Positions 1 to 9,356 of a DNA stretch of 32,000 nucleotides are shown piece by piece. How positions within the stretch are numbered: the first letter of the stretch is position 1; every line of letters starts with the position of its first letter. The DNA comes from an uncultured Chloroflexia bacterium. GTDB lineage: Bacteria; Chloroflexota; Anaerolineae; Anaerolineales; Anaerolineaceae. The notes under the pieces are model-generated. The model searched no databases, had not been told where the DNA came from, and saw nothing but the letters and a program-made list of their open reading frames with translations. The DNA is taken from NCBI GenBank assembly GCA_963704755.1, contig OY969938.1:3780001-3812000 (forward strand), in the 5' to 3' direction. The position numbers were made by a program, and so were the translations under genes.

Positions 1-198
1 GTGGCGGTGCTGTACGTGGCCGAGCTGTTCGCCACCCAAAAAGGGTTGGGCTATTATATTTACCTCAACGGCAGCACCTTGTTCAATTACCCGGCCATGT
101 ACGCCGGGGTAATCGCGATGAGCCTGCTGGGCCTGGGGTTGTATTTCGGCGTGGACGGGTTGGAACGCTGGTTGTGTCCCTGGCAAAAACGCGGATAA
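1..198 (+). CDS. ABC transporter permease, C-terminal fragment (start upstream of window)
   Basis: Frame is open from base 1 to the stop at 196-198. The hydrophobic tail PAMYAGVIAMSLLGLGLYFGVDGLERWL resembles the last TM helix of NitT/TauT-type ABC permeases. Family call is from memory of similar tails only. Confidence 0.5.
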   Translation: MAVLYVAELFATQKGLGYYIYLNGSTLFNYPAMYAGVIAMSLLGLGLYFGVDGLERWLCPWQKRG

Positions 199-208
199 AA
201 TTGAATAG

Positions 209-235
209 ATGGCCCGGCTTTCAAAGCCGGGCCAT
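209..235. repeat. Solo REP-like palindrome ATGGCCCGGCTTT-C-AAAGCCGGGCCAT; probable 3' stem-loop of the permease gene
   Basis: The 13-nt arms are perfectly complementary and start 11 nt after the stop codon. The core CCCGGCTTTCAAAGCCGGG is identical to the hairpin in every unit of the 84-bp array at 6161-6780. No U-tract follows. Confidence 0.6.
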
Positions 236-264
236 CTGTCAATATGGCCTTCCACTGGTATAAT
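236..264 (+). promoter_or_regulatory. Candidate sigma70-type promoter for glyQS (CTGTCA-N17-TGgTATAAT)
   Basis: Extended -10 TGGTATAAT at 256-264. Weak -35 CTGTCA at 236-241 with a 17-nt spacer. Sequence match only. Confidence 0.3.
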
Positions 265-305
265 CTGATTGCAGTAGCTGCCTGGGTTCTGTTAAAAAGC
301 AGCAT

Positions 306-352
306 GTTTTTGAGGTTTTTCGCGTGTGTTGCACGCGAAAAACCTCAAAAAC
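306..352. repeat. Perfect 21-bp-stem inverted repeat in the glyQS leader
   Basis: GTTTTTGAGGTTTTTCGCGTG-TGTTG-CACGCGAAAAACCTCAAAAAC. It belongs to a small family with the hairpins at 8547-8587 and 22793-22849, sharing the core GAGGTnTTTnCG. Confidence 0.7.
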
Positions 353-413
353 ACGCCTAATCTCCAGAATACCAGGGGGGAGACTGCTGGTATTTTCGTT
401 CATTGGAGCAGGT

Positions 414-3400
414 ATGACTGAACCACTCGATTTCCAGACCATCATTATGAACTTGCAACAGTTCTGGGCGAACCAGGGCTGCCTGATCTGGCAGCCTTAT
501 TACACCCAGGTCGGCGCCGGGACGTATAACCCGGCTACCTATCTGCGGGTGTTGGGGCCGGAACCCTGGCACGTGGCTTACGTTGAGCCTTCGGTGCGCC
601 CGGATGACGGGCGTTACGGGGAGAACCCCAACCGGCTGCAGATGCACACCCAGTTCCAGGTGATCCTCAAGCCGGATCCGGGTAACCCGCAAGAAGTCTA
701 TCTTAAATCGCTGGAAGCCCTGGGTATCGACCCGCGCCAGCACGATATCCGCTTTGTCGAAGATAACTGGGAATCGCCGGCCCTGGGCGCCTGGGGCCTG
801 GGTTGGGAAGTCTGGCTGGATGGCCAGGAGATCACCCAGTTCACCTATTTCCAGCAGGCCGGTGGGATTGTGCTCGAGCCGGTTTCGGTAGAGATCACTT
901 ACGGTCTGGAACGAATTGCCATGGCCCTGCAAAAGGTCCGCAACTTCCGCGATATCCGCTGGTCGCCGGAGCGCTTGTACGGAGATGTACACCTGCAAGG
1001 CGAGCAGGAGCACAGCAAATACTACTTCGAGGTCGCCAATGTCGAGCGGACCCGCAAGATGTACGAGCTGTTCGAGGCGGAGGCGATCTCGGCCCTGGAC
1101 GAGGACCTGGTGCTGCCGGCTCACGATTACGTCTTGAAATGCTCGCACACCTTTAATATTCTGGATACCCGCGGCGCGGTCGGCGTGACCGAGCGGGCCG
1201 CTTTATTCTCACGCATGCGCGACCTTTCGGCGCGGGTCGCCCGCGCTTACCTGGATCAGCGCGAGCGCCTGGAATTTCCCTGGCTCGCGGATGGCGGTTC
1301 GGCGGGCGCTGCAGCGACTGGTCCGGCTGGCGCCGAAATCCAGTCCACGACAGCCGCCGGCAGCCTTGCCGCCGCGGATTTCCTGTTCGAGATTGGCACG
1401 GAAGAACTTCCGGCCGGCGACCTGGATATGGCTCTCGATCAACTGGGCCAGCGCATGCCGGCCTTGCTGGATGAGCTGCGTCTGGCCTACGGCGGAGTGA
1501 CCGTGCAAGGCACACCTCGCCGGCTTGTCGTGACCGTAACAGGCCTTTCCGGCCGCCAGAGCGATAAAGAATCACTTGTCAAGGGCCCCCCGGCCAGCCG
1601 GGCTTTCGATGCCCAGGGCCAGCCGACCAAGGCCGGCGAGGGCTTTGCCCGCAGCCGCGGCCTCTCGGTCGAGGATTTGCAGGTGGTCGAGATCGACGGG
1701 GGCAGCTACGTGGCGGTGCGGGTCTTCGAGGCCGGCCGTTCAGCCGTCGAGGTTCTGGCCGAGGTGCTGCCCGGCTTGATCGCGTCGATCCGCTTCGACA
1801 AGTCCATGCGCTGGAATTCATCCGGGGTCAGCTTCTCGCGGCCGGTCCGCTGGCTGTTGGCCCTGTTTGGCAATACCGTGGTGCCCTTCCATTACGCCGG
1901 GCTGGCCTCGGGAAATGCGACCCGCGGTTTACGCTTCCGCGACCCGGAATCGGAGACTGTGGATGGGGTCGGCGCTTACGCTGACTTCCTGAAGAGCCAG
2001 GGGATCGACCTGGACAAGCCGCAGCGCCGGGCCAATATCCTGGCGCAGACGCGCCAGATCATCGCCGGGGTGGGTGGTGATCCCGAGCACATCGACGGCG
2101 GACTGCTGGAAGAAGTGACCAACCTGGTCGAGGCGCCAACCGCGATCCTGGGCAAATTCGACTCGGAACACCTGCGCCTGCCGGCCGAGGTGTTAGTCTC
2201 GGTGATGCAGAAACACCAGCGCTATTTCCCGGTTTATAAAAGCGACGGCAGCCTGATGCCTTATTTCGTACTGGTGCGCAACGGCGATGGCCAGCACAGC
2301 GACGTGGTGGCGGACGGCAACGAACAGGTAGTGCGGGCGCGCTTTGCCGATGCCAATTTCTTCATCGCCGAAGATTTGAAACACAAGCTGGAAGATTTTC
2401 TGCCGCGGCTGGGCACGCTGACTTTCCAGGTCAAACTCGGCTCGATGTTGGACAAGACCGAGCGCATCTATAAGCTGGTCGAGAAGCTGATGGACATGGT
2501 CGAGCTGGACAACCTGGACGAGGAAACGGTCCGGCGGACGGCGCGGTTATGCAAAGCCGACCTGGTCACCCATATGGTGGTCGAAATGACCTCCCTGGCC
2601 GGGATCATGGGCCGGTTCTACGCCGAAAAATCAGGCGAGAGCCCGGTAGTGGCCCAGGCCGTTTTTGAATCGACCCTTCCACGCTACGCCGGCGATGCTT
2701 TCCCCAAGTCGGCCGAAGGGCTGCTGGTCGGCCTGGCCGACCGGCTGGACACGCTGGCCGGGCTGTTTTCGGCCGGGTTAATGCCCAGCGGTACCAAAGA
2801 TCCTTACGCCCAGCGCCGGGCAGCCCTGGCCGTTGTCCAGGCCCTGGTTAAATGGGACATGAACTTCAACCTGGATGCCGGATTGGAAGCGGCGGCTGAA
2901 TTTCTGCCGATCCCGTCCAGCCCGGAAGTTCTGCGCTCCTGCCGTGAATTTATCAGCGCGCGCTTACAAAGCAACCTGCTGGACGAGGGCCAGCGTTATG
3001 ACGTAGTCGCGGCTGTATTAGCCGAGCAGGGCGCCAACCCGGCTGCGGCGGCCCGGGCCATCCAACAACTGACCCGCTGGGTGGAAAAGCCGGATTGGCA
3101 GACAATTTTGCCGGCCTACGCCCGCTGTGTGCGCATCACCCGCGACCAGGCAGAGAAATTTGCCATTGTGCCGGACGTCTTCGAGGATGAAATGGAAACG
3201 GCCCTGTGGGAGGCTGTCCGCCAGGCCGAAAACAAACATCGCGAAGCCGGGTCGGTGGACGGGATGCTGGAGGCGTTCTTGCCGGTCATCCCGGTCATCA
3301 ACCGCTTCTTCGAGAAGGTGCTGGTGATGGCCGATAATCCTGCCGTGCGGGCCAACCGCCTGGGGCTGCTCCAGCGTGTGTCCGCCTTGGGCACGGGTGT

Positions 3401-3431
3401 AGCCGATTTCTCTCGCCTGGAAGGGTTCTAA
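414..3431 (+). CDS. glyQS: Glycine--tRNA ligase, fused alpha+beta subunits (GlyQS single polypeptide)
   Basis: ORF is 324-3431. I moved the start to ATG 414 ([23 protein letters not shown], a canonical GlyQ N-terminus) with GGAG 8 nt upstream. The first ~290 aa form the alpha-subunit class II core. An Ala/Gly-rich linker ([25 protein letters not shown]) follows, then [13 protein letters not shown]..., the GlyS beta subunit, in the same frame. Confidence 0.93.
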   Translation: MTEPLDFQTIIMNLQQFWANQGCLIWQPYYTQVGAGTYNPATYLRVLGPEPWHVAYVEPSVRPDDGRYGENPNRLQMHTQFQVILKPDPGNPQEVYLKSLEALGIDPRQHDIRFVEDNWESPALGAWGLGWEVWLDGQEITQFTYFQQAGGIVLEPVSVEITYGLERIAMALQKVRNFRDIRWSPERLYGDVHLQGEQEHSKYYFEVANVERTRKMYELFEAEAISALDEDLVLPAHDYVLKCSHTFNILDTRGAVGVTERAALFSRMRDLSARVARAYLDQRERLEFPWLADGGSAGAAATGPAGAEIQSTTAAGSLAAADFLFEIGTEELPAGDLDMALDQLGQRMPALLDELRLAYGGVTVQGTPRRLVVTVTGLSGRQSDKESLVKGPPASRAFDAQGQPTKAGEGFARSRGLSVEDLQVVEIDGGSYVAVRVFEAGRSAVEVLAEVLPGLIASIRFDKSMRWNSSGVSFSRPVRWLLALFGNTVVPFHYAGLASGNATRGLRFRDPESETVDGVGAYADFLKSQGIDLDKPQRRANILAQTRQIIAGVGGDPEHIDGGLLEEVTNLVEAPTAILGKFDSEHLRLPAEVLVSVMQKHQRYFPVYKSDGSLMPYFVLVRNGDGQHSDVVADGNEQVVRARFADANFFIAEDLKHKLEDFLPRLGTLTFQVKLGSMLDKTERIYKLVEKLMDMVELDNLDEETVRRTARLCKADLVTHMVVEMTSLAGIMGRFYAEKSGESPVVAQAVFESTLPRYAGDAFPKSAEGLLVGLADRLDTLAGLFSAGLMPSGTKDPYAQRRAALAVVQALVKWDMNFNLDAGLEAAAEFLPIPSSPEVLRSCREFISARLQSNLLDEGQRYDVVAAVLAEQGANPAAAARAIQQLTRWVEKPDWQTILPAYARCVRITRDQAEKFAIVPDVFEDEMETALWEAVRQAENKHREAGSVDGMLEAFLPVIPVINRFFEKVLVMADNPAVRANRLGLLQRVSALGTGVADFSRLEGF

Positions 3432-3557
3432 ACCAGAGAGATTAGAAAATAGAGAATAGAGAAGAGTGTTGGGGCAGGGCAGAAGTATGGCCATGCCCCA
3501 ATATTTTTAATGGTATTACTCAGGCCGGTTCGGAAAAGAGGTGCTGCTTATTTAATT

Positions 3558-3586
3558 CAAAAAGCAGGGAATCTTCCCTGCTTTTC
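3558..3586. terminator. Bidirectional rho-independent terminator (glyQS / flp)
   Basis: AGCAGGGA-ATCT-TCCCTGCT forms an 8-bp stem. It is flanked by an A-run upstream and TTTT downstream, and lies between convergent genes. Confidence 0.7.
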
Positions 3587-3610
3587 GGTGGTTCGATAGG
3601 GTCTTCACCG

Positions 3611-3760
3611 TTATACGTTGATCACGACAGTATTGTACATGTTCCTTACTGCGGGGCCAAGTAAAACAAAAATTACAAGAACAATCACGACTACCAAAAT
3701 AATGATGAGCGCGTACTCAAGAAGGCCCTGACCACGTTCGTTACGCGGTGCGAAGAACAC
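3611..3760 (-). CDS. flp: Flp/Fap-family type IVb pilin-like small protein (50 aa), orphan
   Basis: Lies within track ORF 3611-3826. I moved the start to GTG 3760, which sits 8 nt after a strong AGGAGG. The product VFFAPRNERGQGLLEYALIIILVVVIVLVIFVLLGP... has the Flp prepilin signature G/xxxxEY followed by a hydrophobic helix. No tad/cpa genes are nearby. Confidence 0.6.
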   Translation of the reverse strand: MFFAPRNERGQGLLEYALIIILVVVIVLVIFVLLGPAVRNMYNTVVINV

Positions 3761-4246
3761 TTTATCACCCTCCTTTCTGTTTAGTTTTAAACCACTGGTT
3801 GCAATGTTGTTTTCTTCAAGAAGCACACCGTTCCAGAATGGAGTGCTGTGGGCAGGGGAAAAGGATTAATCTCTCCCCAACCCACAGCAGTTATCCTGAA
3901 TTTAGAAAATTTTATAGTGGTTTCATTGATTATAGAGGAAAATTACCTTATATAATCTTAACAATTCATGATAATCTATCGAGTTGGTCATCTTCAGGCT
4001 GCATAACCTGTTGCATAGGCCGGGTTAATTCTGAAATCCCCCTGACTCCCTTTTGGAAGGGGGCAAGAAACTGCTTCCGGGGGGTGATGCGAAATTCTCT
4101 GCACACGGCAATTTGAGACCCAAAACGTTGTTCTTCGTGTTTTTACGGGCGTAATTTCAACGGTCTCTAGCCGGCTTATGCATTGGGAATAAGCCGGGCG
4201 TGTTTCCAGTGGGGTTTAAGGGTAAAATCAGCAGCGGGAAACTATT

Positions 4247-6163
4247 ATGACAGCGATTGACGAGATCAAAGCCCGTATCGACATTGTGGACCTGGTATCC
4301 GAGACGGTAAAACTGCGCCGGACGGGCAAAAATTATATCGGCTTTTGCCCCTTTCACACCAATACACGCACGCCGGCCTTCGTGGTCTTCCCTGATTCGG
4401 GCACCTGGCGCTGTTTTGGCCAGTGCAACGAAGGCGGCGATATCTTCCGCTATGTGATGAAAAAAGAAGGCTGGGATTTTCCCGAGGCACTCCACCACCT
4501 GGCCGAGAAGGCCGGGGTGGTGCTGGAAGCCCAGACACCCCAGCGCCAGGAAGAAGAGGAGCAGTATGCCCGGCTGCGTACTTTGCTGGAGGACGCGGTC
4601 GTGTATTACCGCCACCAGCTTGGCCAGTTGGAAGCCGGCCAGCAAGCGGCTGCCTACCTGGGAAAACGAGGTATCCGGCCGGAGACCATCGAGAAATTCG
4701 AGCTGGGCTACGCCCCGGATAGCTGGGAAAACGCCTTGAATTATTTCAAGGGCAAGGGCTATACCTTCGAGGAGATCCGCGACGCCGGTTTGCTGACCGA
4801 GCGCCAGGACGGTTCGGGCGGCTACGACCGCTTCCGCCACCGCATCATGTTCCCCATCCGCGACGGGAACGGGCGCATGGCCGGGTTTGGCGCACGCATC
4901 CTGCGCCCGGAGGACCAGCCCAAGTTTCTAAACTCACCCCAGACGCCGCTGTTCGATAAGGGGCGCCTGTTATACGGTTTGTACCTGGCCCGTAAGCCCA
5001 TCCGAGCCCAGGAGCAGGTGGTGATTGTGGAAGGGTACCTGGACGCGATTGCCCTGCACCAGGAGGGCTTCGAAAACGCGGTCTCTCCCATGGGCACCGC
5101 CCTGACCGAGGACCAGTTGCGCATGCTCAAGCGCTTTACCCGGCGGATCGTGCTGGCCCTGGATGCGGATGCCGCCGGCGAGAAGGCTACCCTGCGGGGA
5201 CTGGAAGTCGCTCGCCAGGCGATGGACCGCAGTGACGAGCTGGCTTTCGATGCGCGCGGCCTGCTGCGCCATGAGGCTCGCCTGCAGGCGGATGTGCGGG
5301 TGACCACCATCCCGGAAGGGCTGGACCCGGATGACGTCGTCCTGCGCGACCCGCAGGAATGGCAGAAGATCATCGAAAATGCCAAGCCGATCGTCATCCA
5401 TGTGATGGAATCGCTGGCTGCCAGCCGGAACCTGGAGGATCCTAAAGTAAAAAGTGAAATTGCCGCCCAGGTCCTGCCGCTGATCAACGACGTGCCGGAC
5501 GGGGTAGAACGGGATGCGTACCGCCAGCGCCTGGCGCGCTTATTGAAGGTGGACGAAAGGGCACTCCCAACCGGAGAGCCGGTTCAGGCACCGCGCTCGC
5601 GCCGCAAGCCGGCGATTGCCCAGCGCGAGAAAAACGCGGCCGGCAATATCGGCCTCGAAGCAGGTCCGGCCCGTCTGGCCCAATCCATGGAATATCATTG
5701 CCTCAAGATGCTCGTCCACCAGCCGGAATCGCTCTACTCGCTGGACCGGGCGTTGTTGACCAGTGGGCTCAGCCGTTTTTCGACCCAGGACTTCGAGTTT
5801 TCGGATTACCAAACCGTGGCCCGGCTGCTGATGGATTCGTTGACGCAAGAGGACGTGGAGCCGGAAGCCTTTATCCTCAAGAATTGCCCGGAGCCGCTGG
5901 AGGAGATGATGGCTGAGCTGCAAAAGCCCTCCCCCCTGGGCGAGCCGGGCAGCCCCAAGCGGATGGCCGATCTGCTACGCACGCTGCTCAATTTGCGTCT
6001 ACTGCGAGTGGATGAAGGTATTCGCCAGATGCGTTTCATGCAGGAAGATTTGCAGGACCAGGGCGAGGGGGATGCGCTGGCCTATCAGGAGCTGATTCCG
6101 CAATATATTATGGCCCGCGGCCGGCTGGAAAACGCCCTGGGGAAGGTCTATGCGTTTGAGTAG
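4247..6163 (+). CDS. dnaG: DNA primase DnaG
   Basis: N-terminal CHC2 zinc finger (CPFHTNTRTPAFVV...WRCFGQC). TOPRIM motifs present (VIVEGYLDAIAL, LALDADAAGEKA). 638 aa. Confidence 0.95.
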   Translation: MTAIDEIKARIDIVDLVSETVKLRRTGKNYIGFCPFHTNTRTPAFVVFPDSGTWRCFGQCNEGGDIFRYVMKKEGWDFPEALHHLAEKAGVVLEAQTPQRQEEEEQYARLRTLLEDAVVYYRHQLGQLEAGQQAAAYLGKRGIRPETIEKFELGYAPDSWENALNYFKGKGYTFEEIRDAGLLTERQDGSGGYDRFRHRIMFPIRDGNGRMAGFGARILRPEDQPKFLNSPQTPLFDKGRLLYGLYLARKPIRAQEQVVIVEGYLDAIALHQEGFENAVSPMGTALTEDQLRMLKRFTRRIVLALDADAAGEKATLRGLEVARQAMDRSDELAFDARGLLRHEARLQADVRVTTIPEGLDPDDVVLRDPQEWQKIIENAKPIVIHVMESLAASRNLEDPKVKSEIAAQVLPLINDVPDGVERDAYRQRLARLLKVDERALPTGEPVQAPRSRRKPAIAQREKNAAGNIGLEAGPARLAQSMEYHCLKMLVHQPESLYSLDRALLTSGLSRFSTQDFEFSDYQTVARLLMDSLTQEDVEPEAFILKNCPEPLEEMMAELQKPSPLGEPGSPKRMADLLRTLLNLRLLRVDEGIRQMRFMQEDLQDQGEGDALAYQELIPQYIMARGRLENALGKVYAFE

Positions 6164-6780
6164 CCCGGCTTTCAAAGCCGGGAATACGTTTGGCCAATGC
6201 TGAAGAGCGGGCTCGGTCTGGAGACCGGCCCGAACACTTTGGGGTAGCGCGGCATTCAACGCCGGGAATACGTTTGTCCAGCGCCGAAGAGCGGGCTCGG
6301 TCTGGAGACCGGCCCGAACACCTTGGGGTAGCCCGGCTTTCAAAGCCGGGAATACGTTTGGCCAATGGTGAAGAGCGGGCTCGGTCTGGAGACCGGCCCG
6401 AAAACCTTGGGGTAGCCCGGCTTTCAAAGCCGGGAATACGTTTGGCCAATGCTGAAGAGCGGGCTCGGTCTGGAGACCGGCCCGAACACCTTGGGGTAGC
6501 GCGGCATTCAAAGTCGGGAATACGTTTGCCCATTGGTGAAGAGCGGGCTCGGTCTGGAGACCGGCCCGAACACCTTGGGGTAGCCCGGCTTTCAAAGCCG
6601 GGAATACGTTTGGCCAATGCTGAAGAGCGGGCTCGTTCTGGAGACCGGCCCGAACACCTTGGGGTAGCGCGGCTTTCAAAGCCGGGAATACGTTTGGCCA
6701 ATGTTGAAGAGCGGGCTCGGTCTGGAGATCGGCCCAAACCCCTCGGGGTAGCCCGGCTTTCAAAGCCGGGATTCCATTTG
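6161..6780. repeat. 84-bp tandem repeat array, 7 full units plus 1 partial
   Basis: Unit starts TAGC(C/G)CGGC fall at 6161, 6245, 6329, 6413, 6497, 6581, 6665 and 6749, exactly 84 bp apart. Each unit holds three palindromes: CCCGGCTTTCAAAGCCGGG, TTGGCCAA and CGGGCTCGGTCTGGAGACCGGCCCG. Confidence 0.95.
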
Positions 6781-6844
6781 CATAAAAAAATATACCCCCA
6801 AAATCTGCGGGGTTGCAGTAGAATTCACCCTGTTAAAGGTTAAA

Positions 6845-6874
6845 TTAGGTCGTTTTTTAGATTTATGGTATATT
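6845..6874 (+). promoter_or_regulatory. Candidate extended -10 promoter placed for a (near-)leaderless rpoD mRNA
   Basis: TGGTATATT at 6866-6874 ends 7 nt before ATG 6882. No Shine-Dalgarno lies between them. TTAGGT at 6845-6850 is a weak -35 candidate. Confidence 0.3.
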
Positions 6875-6881
6875 AATACCC

Positions 6882-8528
6882 ATGCCTCGAACCCAAAAAA
6901 CTACCGCAAGTCCCACTTCACCCCGGCGAAAACCGGGTCAAGCCACGAATGGGAATAAAAGTCCGAAAACCAGACGGCGAACCGATCGGGGTGAAGGTAA
7001 CAACAACCACGATCTGGAGGCCGATGGCGCCGATGATGACGCCAGTGAAAAGGACGAAAGCGAAGAGACCAGCCTGCCGGGCGTAGTCGAAGATTGGTCT
7101 GAGGTGGAAGTCCCGCTGGAAGATCCTCTGGAAATTCTGGAAGATCCCGCGTTGGCGATGGAGCTTTCAGAAGATCCAGTACGCCTGTATTTAAAAGAGA
7201 TTGGGCAAATCAACCTGCTGGATGCCGAAAGTGAATTCCGCCTGGCAGCCCGTATTGAGGCTGAGCGTTTGGTCGAGACGTTCAAGAAGTATGTCGAAGC
7301 CAAACCGAAGGAACCGGAATGGTATGCTCAGCTTTATCAAGCCATTGTCGATAATCTATTTACTTCCTGGGAACGTTTCAAAGTGGATGCCGAACGCCTG
7401 GGACAGTTAGAAATTCCCGATCTGTCACTGGTGGTGCTCGAATCGCAGGCCTTGCGCCAATCCTGGCAGTCGGTTACCCCTTCCTACCTGCGGTCGTACA
7501 TGGATAACGGCCAATGGGGCAAGGATCCGCTCTGGGATGGCCTGGTGCGGAATGCTTTCCAGTTTTATTTATGCCTGTACCTGCTGCCGTCCGAAGTGGC
7601 GTTGAGCCTGCTGGACGAGTTCCAAAAGGCCAACGAGCTTCCTGAACGACAGTATTTCGATGACGGTAAAGGGCAGGTGGATTATTCGGCCGAAATGGAA
7701 GGTATCCATTACCGGGCCGAAGAAGCCAACCAGACCCTCATCCGCGCCAACTTGCGCCTGGTGGTTAGTATCGCCAAACGTTACCTCGGGCGAGGAATTT
7801 CTTTCCTGGACCTGATCCAGGAGGGCAACCTGGGGTTGCTGCGAGCCGTATCCAAATTCGACACGACCCGCGGCTTTAAGTTCAGTACCTATGCCACCTG
7901 GTGGATCCGCCAGTCGATCAGCCGCTACATTGCCGAACAGGCCCGCACGATCCGCATCCCGGTGCATTTATTCGAGGCCATCACCCGCCTGCTGCGCGTC
8001 CAGAGAGCGCTGGTACAGCAGTTGGGCCGTGAGCCTACCCACGAAGAGCTGGCCAAAGAAGCCGGTTTCCTGAGCGAGGAAGACGTCAAGACGATCAATA
8101 CCGCTCAACAGCAAGAACTGCCCCTGGATCCGGAAGTGCAGCGGCGCTGGAACTGGGCCACGGCCAAGGTACAGCGCATCCTGCAATCAGCCGAAGAGCC
8201 GGTCTCGCTGGAACGGCCGGTGGGCGACGAAGAGAGCAGCCAATTGGGGGATTTCATCGAGGACGATGAAGCCCTGGAGCCGATGGACGCGGCCGCGCGC
8301 GAAATGCTGCGCGAGCAGGTGCAAAATGCGCTCGGCGCGCTTTCTGAGCGGGAGCGCCAGGTATTGGAGCTGCGTTTCGGGTTGATCGATGGCAAGGATC
8401 ACACCCTGGAAGAGGTCAGCCGCTACTTCAACGTGACCCGTGAGCGTATTCGCCAGATCGAAGCCAAAGCGCTGCGCAAATTGCGTCACCCCACCCGCAG
8501 CCGGCATTTGCGCGAATACCTGTCTTAA
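6882..8528 (+). CDS. rpoD: Primary RNA polymerase sigma factor (sigma70/SigA family)
   Basis: Region 2 is present ([30 protein letters not shown]), as is region 4.2 ([29 protein letters not shown]). There is a long charged N-terminal extension. It sits directly downstream of dnaG, as in the classical primase-sigma arrangement. Confidence 0.95.
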   Translation: MPRTQKTTASPTSPRRKPGQATNGNKSPKTRRRTDRGEGNNNHDLEADGADDDASEKDESEETSLPGVVEDWSEVEVPLEDPLEILEDPALAMELSEDPVRLYLKEIGQINLLDAESEFRLAARIEAERLVETFKKYVEAKPKEPEWYAQLYQAIVDNLFTSWERFKVDAERLGQLEIPDLSLVVLESQALRQSWQSVTPSYLRSYMDNGQWGKDPLWDGLVRNAFQFYLCLYLLPSEVALSLLDEFQKANELPERQYFDDGKGQVDYSAEMEGIHYRAEEANQTLIRANLRLVVSIAKRYLGRGISFLDLIQEGNLGLLRAVSKFDTTRGFKFSTYATWWIRQSISRYIAEQARTIRIPVHLFEAITRLLRVQRALVQQLGREPTHEELAKEAGFLSEEDVKTINTAQQQELPLDPEVQRRWNWATAKVQRILQSAEEPVSLERPVGDEESSQLGDFIEDDEALEPMDAAAREMLREQVQNALGALSERERQVLELRFGLIDGKDHTLEEVSRYFNVTRERIRQIEAKALRKLRHPTRSRHLREYLS

Positions 8529-8546
8529 CTATAAAAAAATTCCCAC

Positions 8547-8596
8547 ACGAGGTATTTACGGGGGCGAAGCCCCCGTAAATACCTCGTTTATTTTTT
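8547..8596. terminator. Bidirectional rho-independent terminator (rpoD / response regulator)
   Basis: ACGAGGTATTTACGGGGG-CGAA-GCCCCCGTAAATACCTCGT forms an 18-bp stem. An A-run lies upstream and TTTATTTTTT downstream, between convergent genes. Confidence 0.8.
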
Positions 8597-8600
8597 CCAG

Positions 8601-9239
8601 TTAGCCGTATATTTGCGGGCGACTCTGGACCGCGTCCTGAAAGCTGCGCACCCCCAGTTTAGGGAACAGGTTGAGCAGTAACTGGCTGATATCCTTACCG
8701 GTGCGGTCGATCCTGGCGACGAACTCGGTGTAGTCTTCTGCGTCGCTCAGGCATTTGATCAGCCAGACATCATCGGGAGTGAGGGTGGTGTCGGTCGGCA
8801 TCGGGTTGGTGGACGGCATGCGGTTGACCATTTCCGTCACCCGGTTGCTGATCCACCTGGTCTGGTCGTTGACGATTTTTTCCACCGCAAAGGTCAGGTA
8901 GTGGGGAGCTTCGTCTTTGATCATGTAGCTGGCTGCCTTGTTGGCCAGTATTTCCAGGATGAATTGGGAATCGTCCACGGCGCTGATGGCCAGAAAGCGT
9001 GTTTTCAGGTTGCTGGATTTTAGCTTGCGCATCACTTCCAATCCATTCAGCTCGGGCATTTCAATATCCAGGATCAAAATGTCCGGCGATAATCTTTGGG
9101 TCACTTGCAGCGCCTGTGAGCCGTTGGCTGCCTCTCCGACCACCTGAATACGCGGGCTATCCTCCAATAAGGAGCGGATTTGTTTCCTCATGGTCGGGTT
9201 ATCTTCCGCGATTACGGCCGTTATGACACTTTTCTTCAT
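8601..9239 (-). CDS. Response regulator, REC domain plus divergent LuxR/GerE-like C-terminal domain (orphan)
   Basis: Within track ORF 8601-9284; start moved to ATG 9239 (MKKSVITAVIAEDN...). REC residues are present (ED, LILDIEMP, AISA, IKD). The C-terminus LTPDDVWLIKCLSDAEDYTEFVARIDRTGKDISQLLLNLFPKLGVRS aligns by eye with the LuxR HTH of the neighbouring regulator (LTPREMDVLRLVVGGRTNQAIAIELGISEKTVEKYLESMFSKLNVSS), but recognition-helix positions are poorly conserved. Confidence 0.75.
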   Translation of the reverse strand: MKKSVITAVIAEDNPTMRKQIRSLLEDSPRIQVVGEAANGSQALQVTQRLSPDILILDIEMPELNGLEVMRKLKSSNLKTRFLAISAVDDSQFILEILANKAASYMIKDEAPHYLTFAVEKIVNDQTRWISNRVTEMVNRMPSTNPMPTDTTLTPDDVWLIKCLSDAEDYTEFVARIDRTGKDISQLLLNLFPKLGVRSFQDAVQSRPQIYG

Positions 9240-9356
9240 TGACCCATTTCTTTTCTGCTGGTGGGGAGCGAATGGCTTTTTCAAGAAAACCGGAAGAAAC
9301 GACTTATCCCGGTCTTGAAAAAGCCAGATTCGCTGGTTGAATACTTTATAGATAGC

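Noticed and set aside
357-1148. Long antisense or overlapping ORFs inside glyQS, dnaG, rpoD, both valS, the MBOAT and the ligase. Examples: 357-1148 -, 4157-4840 -, 4822-5487 -, 26650-27750 +, 28102-29013 +, 30455-31585 +, 17949-18704 +, 9877-10569 +.
   Set aside because: These are typical shadow ORFs of GC-rich DNA lying opposite well-supported genes. Their translations are Arg/Ala/Gly/Pro-rich low-complexity sequences without recognisable motifs.
3585-3605. tRNA-like T-arm (GGTGGTTCGATAGGG)
   Set aside because: No acceptor, anticodon or D-arm complementarity exists around it. It lies directly after a terminator hairpin.
3748-4116. 122-aa ORF in the flp-dnaG spacer
   Set aside because: It begins antisense within the flp 5' end and runs through an AT-rich promoter-like region. 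It has no RBS and a Cys/His/Ser-rich nonsense-like composition.
6161-6780. CRISPR array (also considered for the 103-bp array at 14791-16993)
   Set aside because: The units are contiguous direct repeats with no unique spacers. Unit lengths (84 and 103 bp) and the internal multi-hairpin content do not fit CRISPR repeats. No cas genes are present.
5999-6843. Three long ORFs (5999-6763 -, 6108-6737 -, 6190-6843 +) encoding 28-aa repeat 'proteins' across the 84-bp array
   Set aside because: They stay open only because the unit length is a multiple of 3 and the unit lacks stops in those frames. Three overlapping frames cannot all be coding. None has an RBS or start context. One overlaps the dnaG 3' end antisense. 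Substitutions between units show no codon-position pattern I can see.
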